Of a DNA stretch of 64,000 bases, positions 9,590 to 18,235 are shown in pieces (position 1 is the first letter of the stretch; every line of letters begins with the position of its first letter). This DNA is from Shigella phage TB004. The stretch is taken from sequence record MW822011; one strand, written 5' to 3'. Position numbers and translations under genes: made by a program. The notes under the pieces were generated by a model, which made no database searches, was not told where the DNA came from, and saw nothing but the letters and a program-made list of their open reading frames with translations.

Positions 9590-9766
9590 ATGCCGCTTTA
9601 TGATTATAAATGTCAATCCAAAGACTGTGCAAAAGAATACGAAAAAATCAAGAAAATTTCTGAAAGGGATACTGATGTATGTCCTGATTGTCATCGGATT
9701 GCTATTCGGTTAGTTTCCGCTCCTAAGCATGTGAATGGTGGTTTTTACGACTTACTTAAAGGGTAA
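9590..9766 (+). CDS. small zinc-ribbon protein (58 aa), not in ORF track
   Basis: MPLYDYKCQSKDCAKEYE ... VCPDCH: two Cys pairs in an FmdB-like arrangement; ATG 3 nt after upstream stop. Confidence 0.45.
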   Translation: MPLYDYKCQSKDCAKEYEKIKKISERDTDVCPDCHRIAIRLVSAPKHVNGGFYDLLKG

Positions 9767-9768
9767 TT

Positions 9769-10029
9769 ATGAAATATATTAATCGTTCTATCGCAGCATT
9801 AGTATTAGCAGTGTCTTTAGCAGGATGTACTGATGCTGATAATGCAACCAAAGTTTTGTCTTCAAGTGGTTTTACTAATATTGAAATCACTGGATATAAT
9901 TGGTTCGGTTGCTCTGAAAATGATTTCCAGCATACTGGATTTCGTGCTATTGGACCTACCGGGCAGAAAGTAGAAGGAACAGTATGTTCTGGTCTATTCT
10001 TCAAGGATTCGACTATCCGTTTTAAATAA
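9769..10029 (+). CDS. putative lipoprotein (86 aa)
   Basis: signal peptide with lipobox LAGC (MKYINRSIAALVLAVSLAGCTD). Confidence 0.55.
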   Translation: MKYINRSIAALVLAVSLAGCTDADNATKVLSSSGFTNIEITGYNWFGCSENDFQHTGFRAIGPTGQKVEGTVCSGLFFKDSTIRFK

Positions 10030-10048
10030 AAGGCCTTCGGGCCTTTAG
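10028..10048 (+). terminator. rho-independent terminator (UUCG tetraloop hairpin)
   Basis: aaaggccttcgggccttt. Confidence 0.6.
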
Positions 10049-10071
10049 CTTTATGATTACCGGAGTATAAT
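10046..10071 (+). promoter_or_regulatory. possible MotA-dependent middle promoter for gene 39
   Basis: tagcttta (near MotA-box) 12 bp upstream of tataat. Confidence 0.3.
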
Positions 10072-10098
10072 ATTCCCGAAACCAAACGAGGATAAGTG

Positions 10099-11916
10099 AT
10101 GATTAAGAATGAAATTAAAATTCTGAGCGATATTGAACATATCAAAAAGCGTAGCGGCATGTACATTGGTTCTTCTGCTAATGAAATGCATGAGCGCTTT
10201 CTGTTTGGTAAATGGGAAAGTGTTCAGTATGTACCTGGTCTTGTTAAGCTTATTGATGAAATTATCGATAACTCAGTAGATGAAGGTATTCGTACTAAGT
10301 TTAAATTCGCGAATAAAATTAATGTTACTATTAAAAACAATCAAGTAACAGTTGAAGATAACGGTCGCGGTATTCCACAAGCGATGGTTAAAACACCTAC
10401 CGGTGAAGAAATTCCTGGTCCTGTTGCTGCATGGACTATTCCAAAAGCAGGTGGTAACTTCGGTGATGATAAAGAACGCGTCACTGGCGGTATGAATGGT
10501 GTTGGTTCTAGTTTGACAAACATTTTTTCTGTGATGTTTGTCGGTGAAACTGGCGATGGTCAAAATAATATTGTAGTTCGTTGTTCAAATGGCATGGAAA
10601 ATAAATCGTGGGAAACTATTCCTGGAAAATGGAAAGGAACTCGTGTTACTTTCATTCCTGATTTTATGTCATTTGAAACTAATGAGCTATCTCAAGTTTA
10701 TCTTGACATTACACTAGATCGTCTCCAGACACTTGCAGTAGTTTATCCTGATATTCAATTTACCTTTAATGGTAAAAAGGTTCAGGGTAATTTTAAGAAA
10801 TATGCACGCCAATATGATGAGCATGCTATCGTTCAAGAACAAGAAAATTGTTCTATTGCGGTTGGTCGTTCGCCGGATGGTTTTCGTCAATTAACATACG
10901 TCAATAACATTCATACTAAGAATGGTGGCCACCACATTGACTGCGTTATGGATGATATTTGTGAAGACCTTATTCCACAAATCAAACGTAAATTTAAAAT
11001 TGACGTAACTAAAGCACGTGTTAAAGAATGTTTGACTATCGTTATGTTTGTTCGTGATATGAAAAACATGCGATTTGATTCTCAAACTAAAGAGCGTCTG
11101 ACTTCTCCATTTGGTGAAATTCGTAGTCATATTCAGCTTGATGCTAAAAAGATTTCACGTGCTATTTTAAATAATGAAGCAATTTTAATGCCAATCATTG
11201 AAGCTGCCTTGGCTCGTAAATTGGCGGCAGAAAAAGCAGCAGAAACTAAAGCAGCTAAAAAGGCCTCTAAAGCTAAGGTTCATAAACATATTAAAGCGAA
11301 TCTTTGCGGTAAAGATGCTGATACTACTCTTTTCTTGACTGAGGGTGATTCTGCTATCGGATATCTTATTGATGTTCGTGATAAAGAACTTCATGGTGGT
11401 TATCCATTGCGTGGTAAAGTTCTTAACAGTTGGGGTATGTCATATGCTGATATGCTTAAAAACAAAGAACTATTTGATATTTGCGCAATCACTGGATTGG
11501 TTCTTGGTGAAAAAGCTGAAAACTTGAATTATCATAATATTGCAATTATGACCGATGCTGACCATGATGGTCTAGGAAGCATTTATCCTTCTCTGCTCGG
11601 ATTTTTTAGTAATTGGCCAGAATTGTTTGAACAAGGAAGAATTCGCTTCGTCAAAACTCCTGTAATCATCGCTCAGGTCGGTAAAAAACAAGAATGGTTT
11701 TATACAGTCGCTGAATATGAGAGTGCCAAAGATGCTCTACCTAAACACAGCATCCGCTATATTAAGGGACTTGGCTCTTTGGAAAAATCTGAATATCGTG
11801 AGATGATTCAAAATCCAGTATATGATGTTGTTAAACTTCCTGAGAACTGGAAAGAGCTTTTTGAAATGCTCATGGGAGATAATGCTGACCTTCGTAAAGA
11901 ATGGATGAGCCAGTAG
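10099..11916 (+). CDS. 39: DNA topoisomerase II large subunit gp39, unsplit form (605 aa)
   Basis: GHKL ATPase and Toprim motifs; N-terminus MIKNEIKILSDIEHIKKRSGMYIGS; length corresponds to T4 gp39 plus gp60. Confidence 0.95.
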   Translation: MIKNEIKILSDIEHIKKRSGMYIGSSANEMHERFLFGKWESVQYVPGLVKLIDEIIDNSVDEGIRTKFKFANKINVTIKNNQVTVEDNGRGIPQAMVKTPTGEEIPGPVAAWTIPKAGGNFGDDKERVTGGMNGVGSSLTNIFSVMFVGETGDGQNNIVVRCSNGMENKSWETIPGKWKGTRVTFIPDFMSFETNELSQVYLDITLDRLQTLAVVYPDIQFTFNGKKVQGNFKKYARQYDEHAIVQEQENCSIAVGRSPDGFRQLTYVNNIHTKNGGHHIDCVMDDICEDLIPQIKRKFKIDVTKARVKECLTIVMFVRDMKNMRFDSQTKERLTSPFGEIRSHIQLDAKKISRAILNNEAILMPIIEAALARKLAAEKAAETKAAKKASKAKVHKHIKANLCGKDADTTLFLTEGDSAIGYLIDVRDKELHGGYPLRGKVLNSWGMSYADMLKNKELFDICAITGLVLGEKAENLNYHNIAIMTDADHDGLGSIYPSLLGFFSNWPELFEQGRIRFVKTPVIIAQVGKKQEWFYTVAEYESAKDALPKHSIRYIKGLGSLEKSEYREMIQNPVYDVVKLPENWKELFEMLMGDNADLRKEWMSQ

Positions 11917-11945
11917 TTTACTTTACCACAAGGATGTGGTATAAT
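11916..11945 (+). promoter_or_regulatory. T4-type early promoter (GTTTAC ... TGGTATAAT)
   Basis: agtttactttaccacaaggatgtggtataat. Confidence 0.5.
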
Positions 11946-11970
11946 TAATTGGGCAAATGAGGATATTGAA

Positions 11971-12174
11971 ATGAAATCATATAGAGTAAATTTAGAACTT
12001 TTTGATAAAGCAGTTCACCGAGAATATAGAATCATTCAACGCTTTTTCGATATGGGAGAAGCCGAAGAGTTTAAAAACCGCTTTAAGGATATTAGAGATA
12101 AAATTCAATCCGACACCGCAACTAAAGATGAACTACTAGAAGTTGCTGAAGTTATTAAACGCAATATGAATTAA
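11971..12174 (+). CDS. hypothetical protein at the rIIA.1 position (67 aa)
   Basis: ORF track; synteny. Confidence 0.5.
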   Translation: MKSYRVNLELFDKAVHREYRIIQRFFDMGEAEEFKNRFKDIRDKIQSDTATKDELLEVAEVIKRNMN

Positions 12175-12184
12175 TGAGGAAATT

Positions 12185-14362
12185 ATGATTATCACCACTG
12201 AAAAAGAAACAATTCTTGGTAATGGTTCTAAATCAAAGGCATTTAGCATCACAGCATCTCCTAAAGTATTTAAAATTCTGTCATCTGATTTGTATACAAA
12301 CAAGATTCGCGCAGTAGTCCGCGAATTGATTACCAACATGATTGATGCCCATGCTCTCAATGGAAATCCTGAAAAATTTATCATTCAAGTTCCAGGACGA
12401 TTAGATCCGCGATTTGTTTGTCGAGATTTTGGTCCGGGTATGAGCGATTTTGATATTCAAGGTGATGATAATTCTCCTGGGTTGTATAATTCATACTTCA
12501 GTTCATCTAAGGCTGAATCTAACGATTTCATTGGTGGATTTGGTTTAGGTTCTAAATCTCCGTTTAGTTATACTGATACATTTAGTATTACTTCGTACCA
12601 TAAAGGTGAAATTCGTGGTTATGTAGCTTACATGGATGGTGATGGTCCGCAGATTAAACCTACATTCGTAAAAGAAATGGGTCCAGATGATAAAACTGGT
12701 ATTGAAATCGTAGTTCCAGTTGAAGAAAAAGACTTTAGAAACTTTGCTTATGAAGTTTCTTATATCATGCGACCATTCAAAGATTTGGCTATCATTAATG
12801 GTCTTGACCGCGAAATTGATTATTTTCCGGATTTTGATGACTATTACGGTGTAAATCCAGAAAGATACTGGCCAGATCGTGGTGGATTGTATGCTATCTA
12901 TGGTGGTATTGTTTATCCTATTGACGGTGTTATTAGAGAGCGTAACTGGTTAAGCATTCGCAATGAAGTGAATTACATTAAGTTTCCAATGGGTTCACTT
13001 GATATTGCTCCATCGCGTGAGGCTCTTTCGCTGGATGATCGTACTCGTAAAAATATTATTGAGCGTGTTAAAGAGCTTAGTGAGAAGGCATTCAATGAAG
13101 ATGTAAAACGATTTAAAGAATCTACATCTCCTCGTCATACATACCGTGAATTGATGAAGATGGGATATTCTGCTCGAGATTATATGATTAGCAATTCAGT
13201 CAAATTCACGACTAAAAATCTGTCATATAAAAAGATGCAGAGCATGTTTGAACCTGACAGTAAGTTATGCAATGCAGGGGTTGTGTATGAAGTAAATCTT
13301 GACCCTCGACTGAAACGCATTAAGCAAAGCCATGAAACTTCAGCCGTTGCGTCAAGCTATCGCCTGTTTGGTATTAATACGACAAAAATTAATATTGTTA
13401 TTGATAATACTAAAAATCGTGTTAATATTGTCCGTGGATTAGCACGCGCGTTAGATGATAGTGAATTTAATAACACCTTAAATATTCATCACAATGAGCG
13501 GCTTCTGTTTATTAATCCAGAAGTAGAATCACAGATTGATTTACTCCCTGATATTATGGCAATGTTTGAAAGTGATGAAGTTAACATTCATTATTTGTCA
13601 GAAATTGAAGCTTTAGTTAAAAGTTATATTCCAAAGGCAGTAAAAAGTACAGCTCCTCGTCCTAAAGCTGCCACTGCATTTAAGTTTGAAATTAAAGACG
13701 GACGCTGGGAAAAAGAGGAATTGTTTACACTTACGTCAGAAGCAGATGAAATTACTGGTTATGTAGCATACATGCATCGTTCTGATATTTTCTCTATGGA
13801 TGGTACTACATCGCTTTGTCATCCATCTATGAATATTTTGATTCGTATGGCTAATCTTATTGGCATTAATGAATTTTATGTTATTCGTCCGCTTTTGCAG
13901 AAAAAGGTAAAAGAACTTGGTCAGTGCCAATGTATTTTTGAAACTTTGCGTGATTTATATGTAGATGCTTTTGATGATGTAGATTATGATAAGTATGTAG
14001 GTTATTCAAGTTCAGCTAAACGATATATTGATAAAATTATCAAGTATCCTGAGTTAGATTTTATGATGAAGTACTTCAGTGTAGATGAAGTTTCCGAAGA
14101 ATATACACGACTCGCTAATATGGTTAGTTCATTACAGGGTGTATATTTCAACGGTGGAAAAGATACCATTGGTCATGACATCTGGACAGTAACTAATCTT
14201 TTTGATGTATTATCAAATAATGCTTCAAAAAACAGTGATAAAATGGTTGCTGAGTTTACCAAGAAATTCCGTATTGTTTCCGACTTCATCGGATATCGCA
14301 ACTCTTTAAGTGATGATGAAGTTTCCCAAATCGCTAAAACTATGAAGGCCCTTGCGGCCTAA
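12185..14362 (+). CDS. rIIA: rIIA protein (725 aa)
   Basis: length equals T4 rIIA; N-terminal GHKL-like ATPase motifs; followed by rIIB. Confidence 0.95.
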   Translation: MIITTEKETILGNGSKSKAFSITASPKVFKILSSDLYTNKIRAVVRELITNMIDAHALNGNPEKFIIQVPGRLDPRFVCRDFGPGMSDFDIQGDDNSPGLYNSYFSSSKAESNDFIGGFGLGSKSPFSYTDTFSITSYHKGEIRGYVAYMDGDGPQIKPTFVKEMGPDDKTGIEIVVPVEEKDFRNFAYEVSYIMRPFKDLAIINGLDREIDYFPDFDDYYGVNPERYWPDRGGLYAIYGGIVYPIDGVIRERNWLSIRNEVNYIKFPMGSLDIAPSREALSLDDRTRKNIIERVKELSEKAFNEDVKRFKESTSPRHTYRELMKMGYSARDYMISNSVKFTTKNLSYKKMQSMFEPDSKLCNAGVVYEVNLDPRLKRIKQSHETSAVASSYRLFGINTTKINIVIDNTKNRVNIVRGLARALDDSEFNNTLNIHHNERLLFINPEVESQIDLLPDIMAMFESDEVNIHYLSEIEALVKSYIPKAVKSTAPRPKAATAFKFEIKDGRWEKEELFTLTSEADEITGYVAYMHRSDIFSMDGTTSLCHPSMNILIRMANLIGINEFYVIRPLLQKKVKELGQCQCIFETLRDLYVDAFDDVDYDKYVGYSSSAKRYIDKIIKYPELDFMMKYFSVDEVSEEYTRLANMVSSLQGVYFNGGKDTIGHDIWTVTNLFDVLSNNASKNSDKMVAEFTKKFRIVSDFIGYRNSLSDDEVSQIAKTMKALAA

Positions 14363-14373
14363 TAAGGAAAATT

Positions 14374-15312
14374 ATGTACAATATTAAATGCCTGACCAAA
14401 AACGAACAAGCTGAAATTGTCAAACTGTATTCAAGCGGTAATTACACCCAACAGGAATTGGCTTATTGGAAAGATGTATCGGTTGATACAATCCGTCGTG
14501 TTTTGAAAAATGCTGAAGAAGCTAAACGTCCTAAAGTTACTATTAGCGGTGACATTACAGTTGAAGTTAAGAGCGATGTAGCTATTGCTCCAGTTGCTAA
14601 ATCTGACATTATTTGGAATGCATCTAAAAAATTCATTTCAATTACTGTTGACGGTGTAACTTATAACGCAACTCCTAATACTCATTCAAACTTCCAGGAA
14701 ATTCTTAATCTGCTTGTTGCAGATAAATTGGAAGAAGCAGCGCAAAAAATTAACGTTCGTCGCGCTGTTGAAAAATATATTTCTGGTGATGTTCGAATTG
14801 AAGGTGGAAGCTTGTTCTATCAAAATATTGAATTGCGGTCTGGTTTAGTTGATCGTATTCTCGATTCGATGGAAAAAGGTGAAAACTTTGAATTTTATTT
14901 TCCGTTCTTGGAAAATCTGTTGGAAAACCCGAGCCAAAAAGCGGTATCTCGACTCTTTGATTTCTTGGTAGCAAACGATATTGAAATTACAGAAGATGGT
15001 TACTTCTATGCTTGGAAAGTAGTTCGCAGTAATTACTTTGACTGCCATTCAAATACTTTTGATAACAGTCCTGGTAAAGTAGTTAAAATGCCACGTACTC
15101 GTGTGAATGACGATGATACACAAACTTGTTCTCGCGGTCTGCATGTGTGTTCTAAATCTTATATTCGTCACTTTGGCAGTTCAACCAGCCGAGTTGTAAA
15201 AGTTAAAGTACATCCGCGCGATGTAGTATCAATTCCGATTGATTACAACGATGCTAAAATGCGTACTTGCCAATACGAAGTAGTTGAAGACGTTACTGAA
15301 CAATTTAAATAA
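14374..15312 (+). CDS. rIIB: rIIB protein (312 aa)
   Basis: length and position match T4 rIIB. Confidence 0.9.
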   Translation: MYNIKCLTKNEQAEIVKLYSSGNYTQQELAYWKDVSVDTIRRVLKNAEEAKRPKVTISGDITVEVKSDVAIAPVAKSDIIWNASKKFISITVDGVTYNATPNTHSNFQEILNLLVADKLEEAAQKINVRRAVEKYISGDVRIEGGSLFYQNIELRSGLVDRILDSMEKGENFEFYFPFLENLLENPSQKAVSRLFDFLVANDIEITEDGYFYAWKVVRSNYFDCHSNTFDNSPGKVVKMPRTRVNDDDTQTCSRGLHVCSKSYIRHFGSSTSRVVKVKVHPRDVVSIPIDYNDAKMRTCQYEVVEDVTEQFK

Positions 15313-15326
15313 GGGCTTCGGCCCTT
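15311..15326 (+). terminator. UUCG hairpin after rIIB (weak or partial terminator)
   Basis: aagggcttcggccctt, no clear T-run. Confidence 0.35.
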
Positions 15327-15340
15327 AACTGAGGAAAATT

Positions 15341-15535
15341 ATGTTAGGTTATCAAGCACGAGTAAAAGAAGAATACGATCAATTAATGCTCAAAATTAAT
15401 GCACTGAGCAAATTTTTAGAAAGTGAAAAGTTTTCAACGGTTAATGCAGTTGAGCAAGAATTACTGCTTTCGCAGTTTATCTCAATGAAATCTTATGCAG
15501 ATTGTTTAGAGAAAAGAATTGCACAGTTCAAATAA
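15341..15535 (+). CDS. hypothetical protein (64 aa)
   Basis: ORF track; gaggaaaa SD. Confidence 0.5.
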   Translation: MLGYQARVKEEYDQLMLKINALSKFLESEKFSTVNAVEQELLLSQFISMKSYADCLEKRIAQFK

Positions 15536-15537
15536 AA

Positions 15538-15562
15538 TAAAGGGCTTCGGCCCTTTTGTTTT
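15538..15562 (+). terminator. rho-independent terminator
   Basis: aaagggcttcggcccttttgtttt. Confidence 0.6.
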
Positions 15563-15621
15563 AAGGGAAACTATGATTTATTACATGAATATCAGTGATT
15601 CCGACGTAAAAGGAAAGTTTA

Positions 15622-16179
15622 ATGCAGAAAACGAATCCGGGTTTACAGAGACTATTTCAGATTCCGACATTTACCCTATCGAACAATGACTTGACTAGTG
15701 AAATGAAGGTCAAAATTGCTGATACAGCAAGATACTCTTTAAAACAAAATCCTAATCAGGATAAAGCAGAAGTCATCGAAAGATGCCGTATCGCGGTATA
15801 CGCAGAGTTTTTTGTAGCAGATTGGCTAAGCGGGTATGTTAACAAAGGCCAAGAGGATGTTAATGACCCGTATACATACGCGTGGGATGTATTGGCGCAT
15901 CCAAGATACTGCGGGCTTCGTGTAGAAGTTAAGACACATCAAACTGACTCACGTTGGATTTCGGTAACAACCGGATGCAGCGGAGAGTATCCATACGGTT
16001 CTGGAATAAATCTAGGGCCCATTCTGAATCACCAAGTCGCTGACTGTATAATTATATTCAACACTAAAGAAATTCATCCAGGTGTCATCCAGTACACTCC
16101 GAAGTTCATTGGTGATAGAGAAGACCTTCGTAAGGTTGTAAGAAAAAGCAACTACAACGGATGGTATCTTTCCATTTAA
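15622..16179 (+). CDS. denB: endonuclease IV, DenB (185 aa)
   Basis: length and position match T4 denB (between rIIB and ndd). Confidence 0.85.
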   Translation: MQKTNPGLQRLFQIPTFTLSNNDLTSEMKVKIADTARYSLKQNPNQDKAEVIERCRIAVYAEFFVADWLSGYVNKGQEDVNDPYTYAWDVLAHPRYCGLRVEVKTHQTDSRWISVTTGCSGEYPYGSGINLGPILNHQVADCIIIFNTKEIHPGVIQYTPKFIGDREDLRKVVRKSNYNGWYLSI

Positions 16180-16196
16180 AAAATTTTCACAAAACA

Positions 16197-16250
16197 GTTT
16201 ACATACCACAAGGACTGTGGTACTATACAACTATCAGCTACGGAGGAGTA
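16197..16250 (+). promoter_or_regulatory. early promoter plus conserved leader (member of the dispersed repeat family)
   Basis: gtttac ... ctgtggtactatacaactatcagctacggagg. Confidence 0.5.
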
Positions 16251-16253
16251 AAA

Positions 16254-16517
16254 ATGAAATTTAAATTTTATTACGCTAAACATAAAATTACCGGTGAATT
16301 TATTGCATTTACGACTTCAACTACAGATGAAGGAGATATTTTTACTGCAGTATTTTTATCAAAATGGGAATCAGATCAACCTTACTTATCATCACGTGAA
16401 GATCTCCAACGATTAGTTAATGGAGAATATAATGATTCATGGTCATATTTAGTCCATGATTGTGTTAAAAAGGCAATAAAACAAAAACACTTGGAAATTG
16501 CTGAGATTGAACTATGA
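16254..16517 (+). CDS. hypothetical protein (87 aa)
   Basis: ORF track frame; ATG at 16254 after ggagg. Confidence 0.5.
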   Translation: MKFKFYYAKHKITGEFIAFTTSTTDEGDIFTAVFLSKWESDQPYLSSREDLQRLVNGEYNDSWSYLVHDCVKKAIKQKHLEIAEIEL

Positions 16518-16600
16518 GTTCATTATGGTGGTGTTTCGTTTGGTTAATTAGTATTCCATTAATTTGTTTAACATTTACTTTTGTGATGAGGTTATTATGA
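16514..16600 (+). CDS. micro-ORF, hydrophobic peptide (28 aa)
   Basis: MSSLWWCFVWLISIPLICLTFTFVMRLL; ATGA overlap with upstream stop. Confidence 0.3.
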   Translation: MSSLWWCFVWLISIPLICLTFTFVMRLL

Positions 16601-16695
16601 AAATTTTGAATTCTGTACTTATTGCTTGTGCATGGTGGGTTGTACAAGTTTCAGCAGTAGTAGTTGGTATTCACATTTATTACGAATATTTTTAA
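16597..16695 (+). CDS. micro-ORF, hydrophobic peptide (32 aa)
   Basis: MKILNSVLIACAWWVVQVSAVVVGIHIYYEYF; ATGA overlap. Confidence 0.3.
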   Translation: MKILNSVLIACAWWVVQVSAVVVGIHIYYEYF

Positions 16696-16702
16696 AAAAG
16701 TT

Positions 16703-16756
16703 GTTTACAAGACTGTTCCTCTGTGGTACTATACAACTATCAACTACGGAGGAACA
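16703..16756 (+). promoter_or_regulatory. early promoter plus conserved leader (member of the dispersed repeat family)
   Basis: aaaaagttgtttac ... ctgtggtactatacaactatcaactacggagg. Confidence 0.5.
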
Positions 16757-16759
16757 GAA

Positions 16760-16873
16760 ATGAAAAAGATTGTTAAAGCTATATGGAATGTAGTTATAAT
16801 ACTAGTAGTTTTGAGTATATTCACAATCGTTTTAATGATTGATGTATTAAACGCTTACTTTGGATTTATGTGA
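16760..16873 (+). CDS. small membrane peptide (37 aa)
   Basis: MKKIVKAIWNVVIILVVLSIFTIVLMIDVLNAYFGFM; ATG after ggagg. Confidence 0.4.
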   Translation: MKKIVKAIWNVVIILVVLSIFTIVLMIDVLNAYFGFM

Positions 16874-16880
16874 GGAAAAT

Positions 16881-17078
16881 ATGAAGCGTAAACGTAGTGC
16901 TTTTACATTTATTGAATGGTTTTTCGATAATATTTTTCCGGCTTTATTCATTTTCATGCTAATTTTTGCCTTAGGTTCAGTTGTAGTTGGAATCTATTTA
17001 ATGGCAGTTGTCGGAATGGATATTCACCAAAATGGTTTGAAATCTGTGGTTGAAACAATTTGGAATGGTGTAAAATAA
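16881..17078 (+). CDS. small membrane protein (65 aa)
   Basis: ORF track frame; ATG at 16881 after gaggaaaa; hydrophobic core. Confidence 0.45.
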   Translation: MKRKRSAFTFIEWFFDNIFPALFIFMLIFALGSVVVGIYLMAVVGMDIHQNGLKSVVETIWNGVK

Positions 17079-17121
17079 TGAATTTACTAAGCATTTGGTT
17101 TTATACTCCTTGAGGTGAATC

Positions 17122-17337
17122 ATGAAAATCTTTAAAGATGTAAAAGTTGGTGAAATTTTCTGTTTAGATAATGGTGATCAGTTAATTCGTATTTCACCTC
17201 TTAAGAGCACTAGCGAGAAAATGACAGTTAACGCTACTTTAGCAAATAACAGTAATGAACGTTTCTGTATTGAAAATGATACTGAAACTTATACTGTAGA
17301 AGAATTCTGGGAATTAAGTGTCGACTGCGACGATTAA
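17122..17337 (+). CDS. hypothetical protein (71 aa)
   Basis: ORF track. Confidence 0.5.
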   Translation: MKIFKDVKVGEIFCLDNGDQLIRISPLKSTSEKMTVNATLANNSNERFCIENDTETYTVEEFWELSVDCDD

Positions 17338-17396
17338 TTTATCGGCCGTGTGTATTCATGCGGCCTTGGAGTAGAAAATAATTAGAGGAAATTAAC

Positions 17397-17852
17397 ATGA
17401 AATACATGACTGTTACTGATCTGAATAATGCAGGCGCAACTGTTATTGGTACAATCAAGGGCGGTGAATGGGTTTTTGGAACTCCGCATAAAGACATTTT
17501 GTCTAACCCTGGATTTTACTTTTTAGTGAGCAAATTTGGTGGTCCATTTGATAGTCCGTGTGTATCTGCACGATTTTATGTAGGTAATCAGCGTTCTAAA
17601 CAAGGGTTCAGTGCAGTTCTAAGTCATATTCGCCAGCGTCGATCTCAGCTTGCGCGTACTATTGCAAATAACAATGTTCCATACACAGTATTTTATCTAC
17701 CTGCTTCTAAGATGAAACCTCTGACGACGGGATTTGGAAAAGGTCAGTTAGCTTTAGCGTTTACTCGTAATCATCATTCTGAGTATCAAACGCTTGAAGA
17801 AATGAATCGTATGTTGGCTGATAATTTTAAATTTGTTTTGCAGGCATATTAA
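17397..17852 (+). CDS. ndd: nucleoid disruption protein Ndd (151 aa)
   Basis: N-terminus [25 protein letters not shown]; length equals T4 Ndd. Confidence 0.9.
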
Positions 17853-17932
17853 TGAGCAATTTCCATAACGAACATGTGATGCAGTTCTATCGTAACAATC
17901 TTAAAACTAAAGGCGTCTTCGGACGCCAGTGA
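17852..17932 (+). CDS. stp: Stp peptide (26 aa), not in ORF track
   Basis: [26 protein letters not shown] matches T4 Stp as I recall it; 3' end of the ORF forms a UUCG hairpin. Confidence 0.8.
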
Positions 17933-17939
17933 GGAAAAT

Positions 17940-18098
17940 ATGAATATTGCGAAATTATTAGGAGTTATTTCATTTATTTGTTGGATAGTAGCATGTGTTT
18001 TAACTATCTGTATCGATGCTAGCAGTGTGTTTTCACAAGCTTTAGCCCAGGGTATGTGTGCATATTTAACATTTGTGTTGTTATCTACTAATGATTAA
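17940..18098 (+). CDS. ac: small membrane protein at the ac position (52 aa)
   Basis: gaggaaaat SD; hydrophobic; position between stp and 52. Confidence 0.5.
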   Translation: MNIAKLLGVISFICWIVACVLTICIDASSVFSQALAQGMCAYLTFVLLSTND

Positions 18099-18231
18099 GA
18101 AAATCTTGGGCTACTCAGTAGCCCTTGCTGCTTTATTGGTAGCACTATATTATGGAGTAATGTTCGGATTAATTCAAGTCGTGCTTTTCATTTCTGATGT
18201 TATTATGGCACTACATTCACTAGTATGGTAA
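18091..18231 (+). CDS. small hydrophobic protein (46 aa), not in ORF track
   Basis: MIKKILGYSVALAALLVALYYGVMFGLIQVVLF. Confidence 0.3.
   Translation: MIKKILGYSVALAALLVALYYGVMFGLIQVVLFISDVIMALHSLVW
18183..18206 (+). promoter_or_regulatory. possible MotA-dependent middle promoter for gene 52
   Basis: TGCTTTtca box about 12 bp upstream of tattat. Confidence 0.3.
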
Positions 18232-18235
18232 ATTT

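Noticed and set aside
10099-12184. Possible gene 60 translational-bypass element or mobA homing endonuclease
   Set aside because: Gene 39 is one continuous 605-aa ORF and the interval before rIIA holds only a 67-aa ORF; no bypass hairpin or HNH ORF present.
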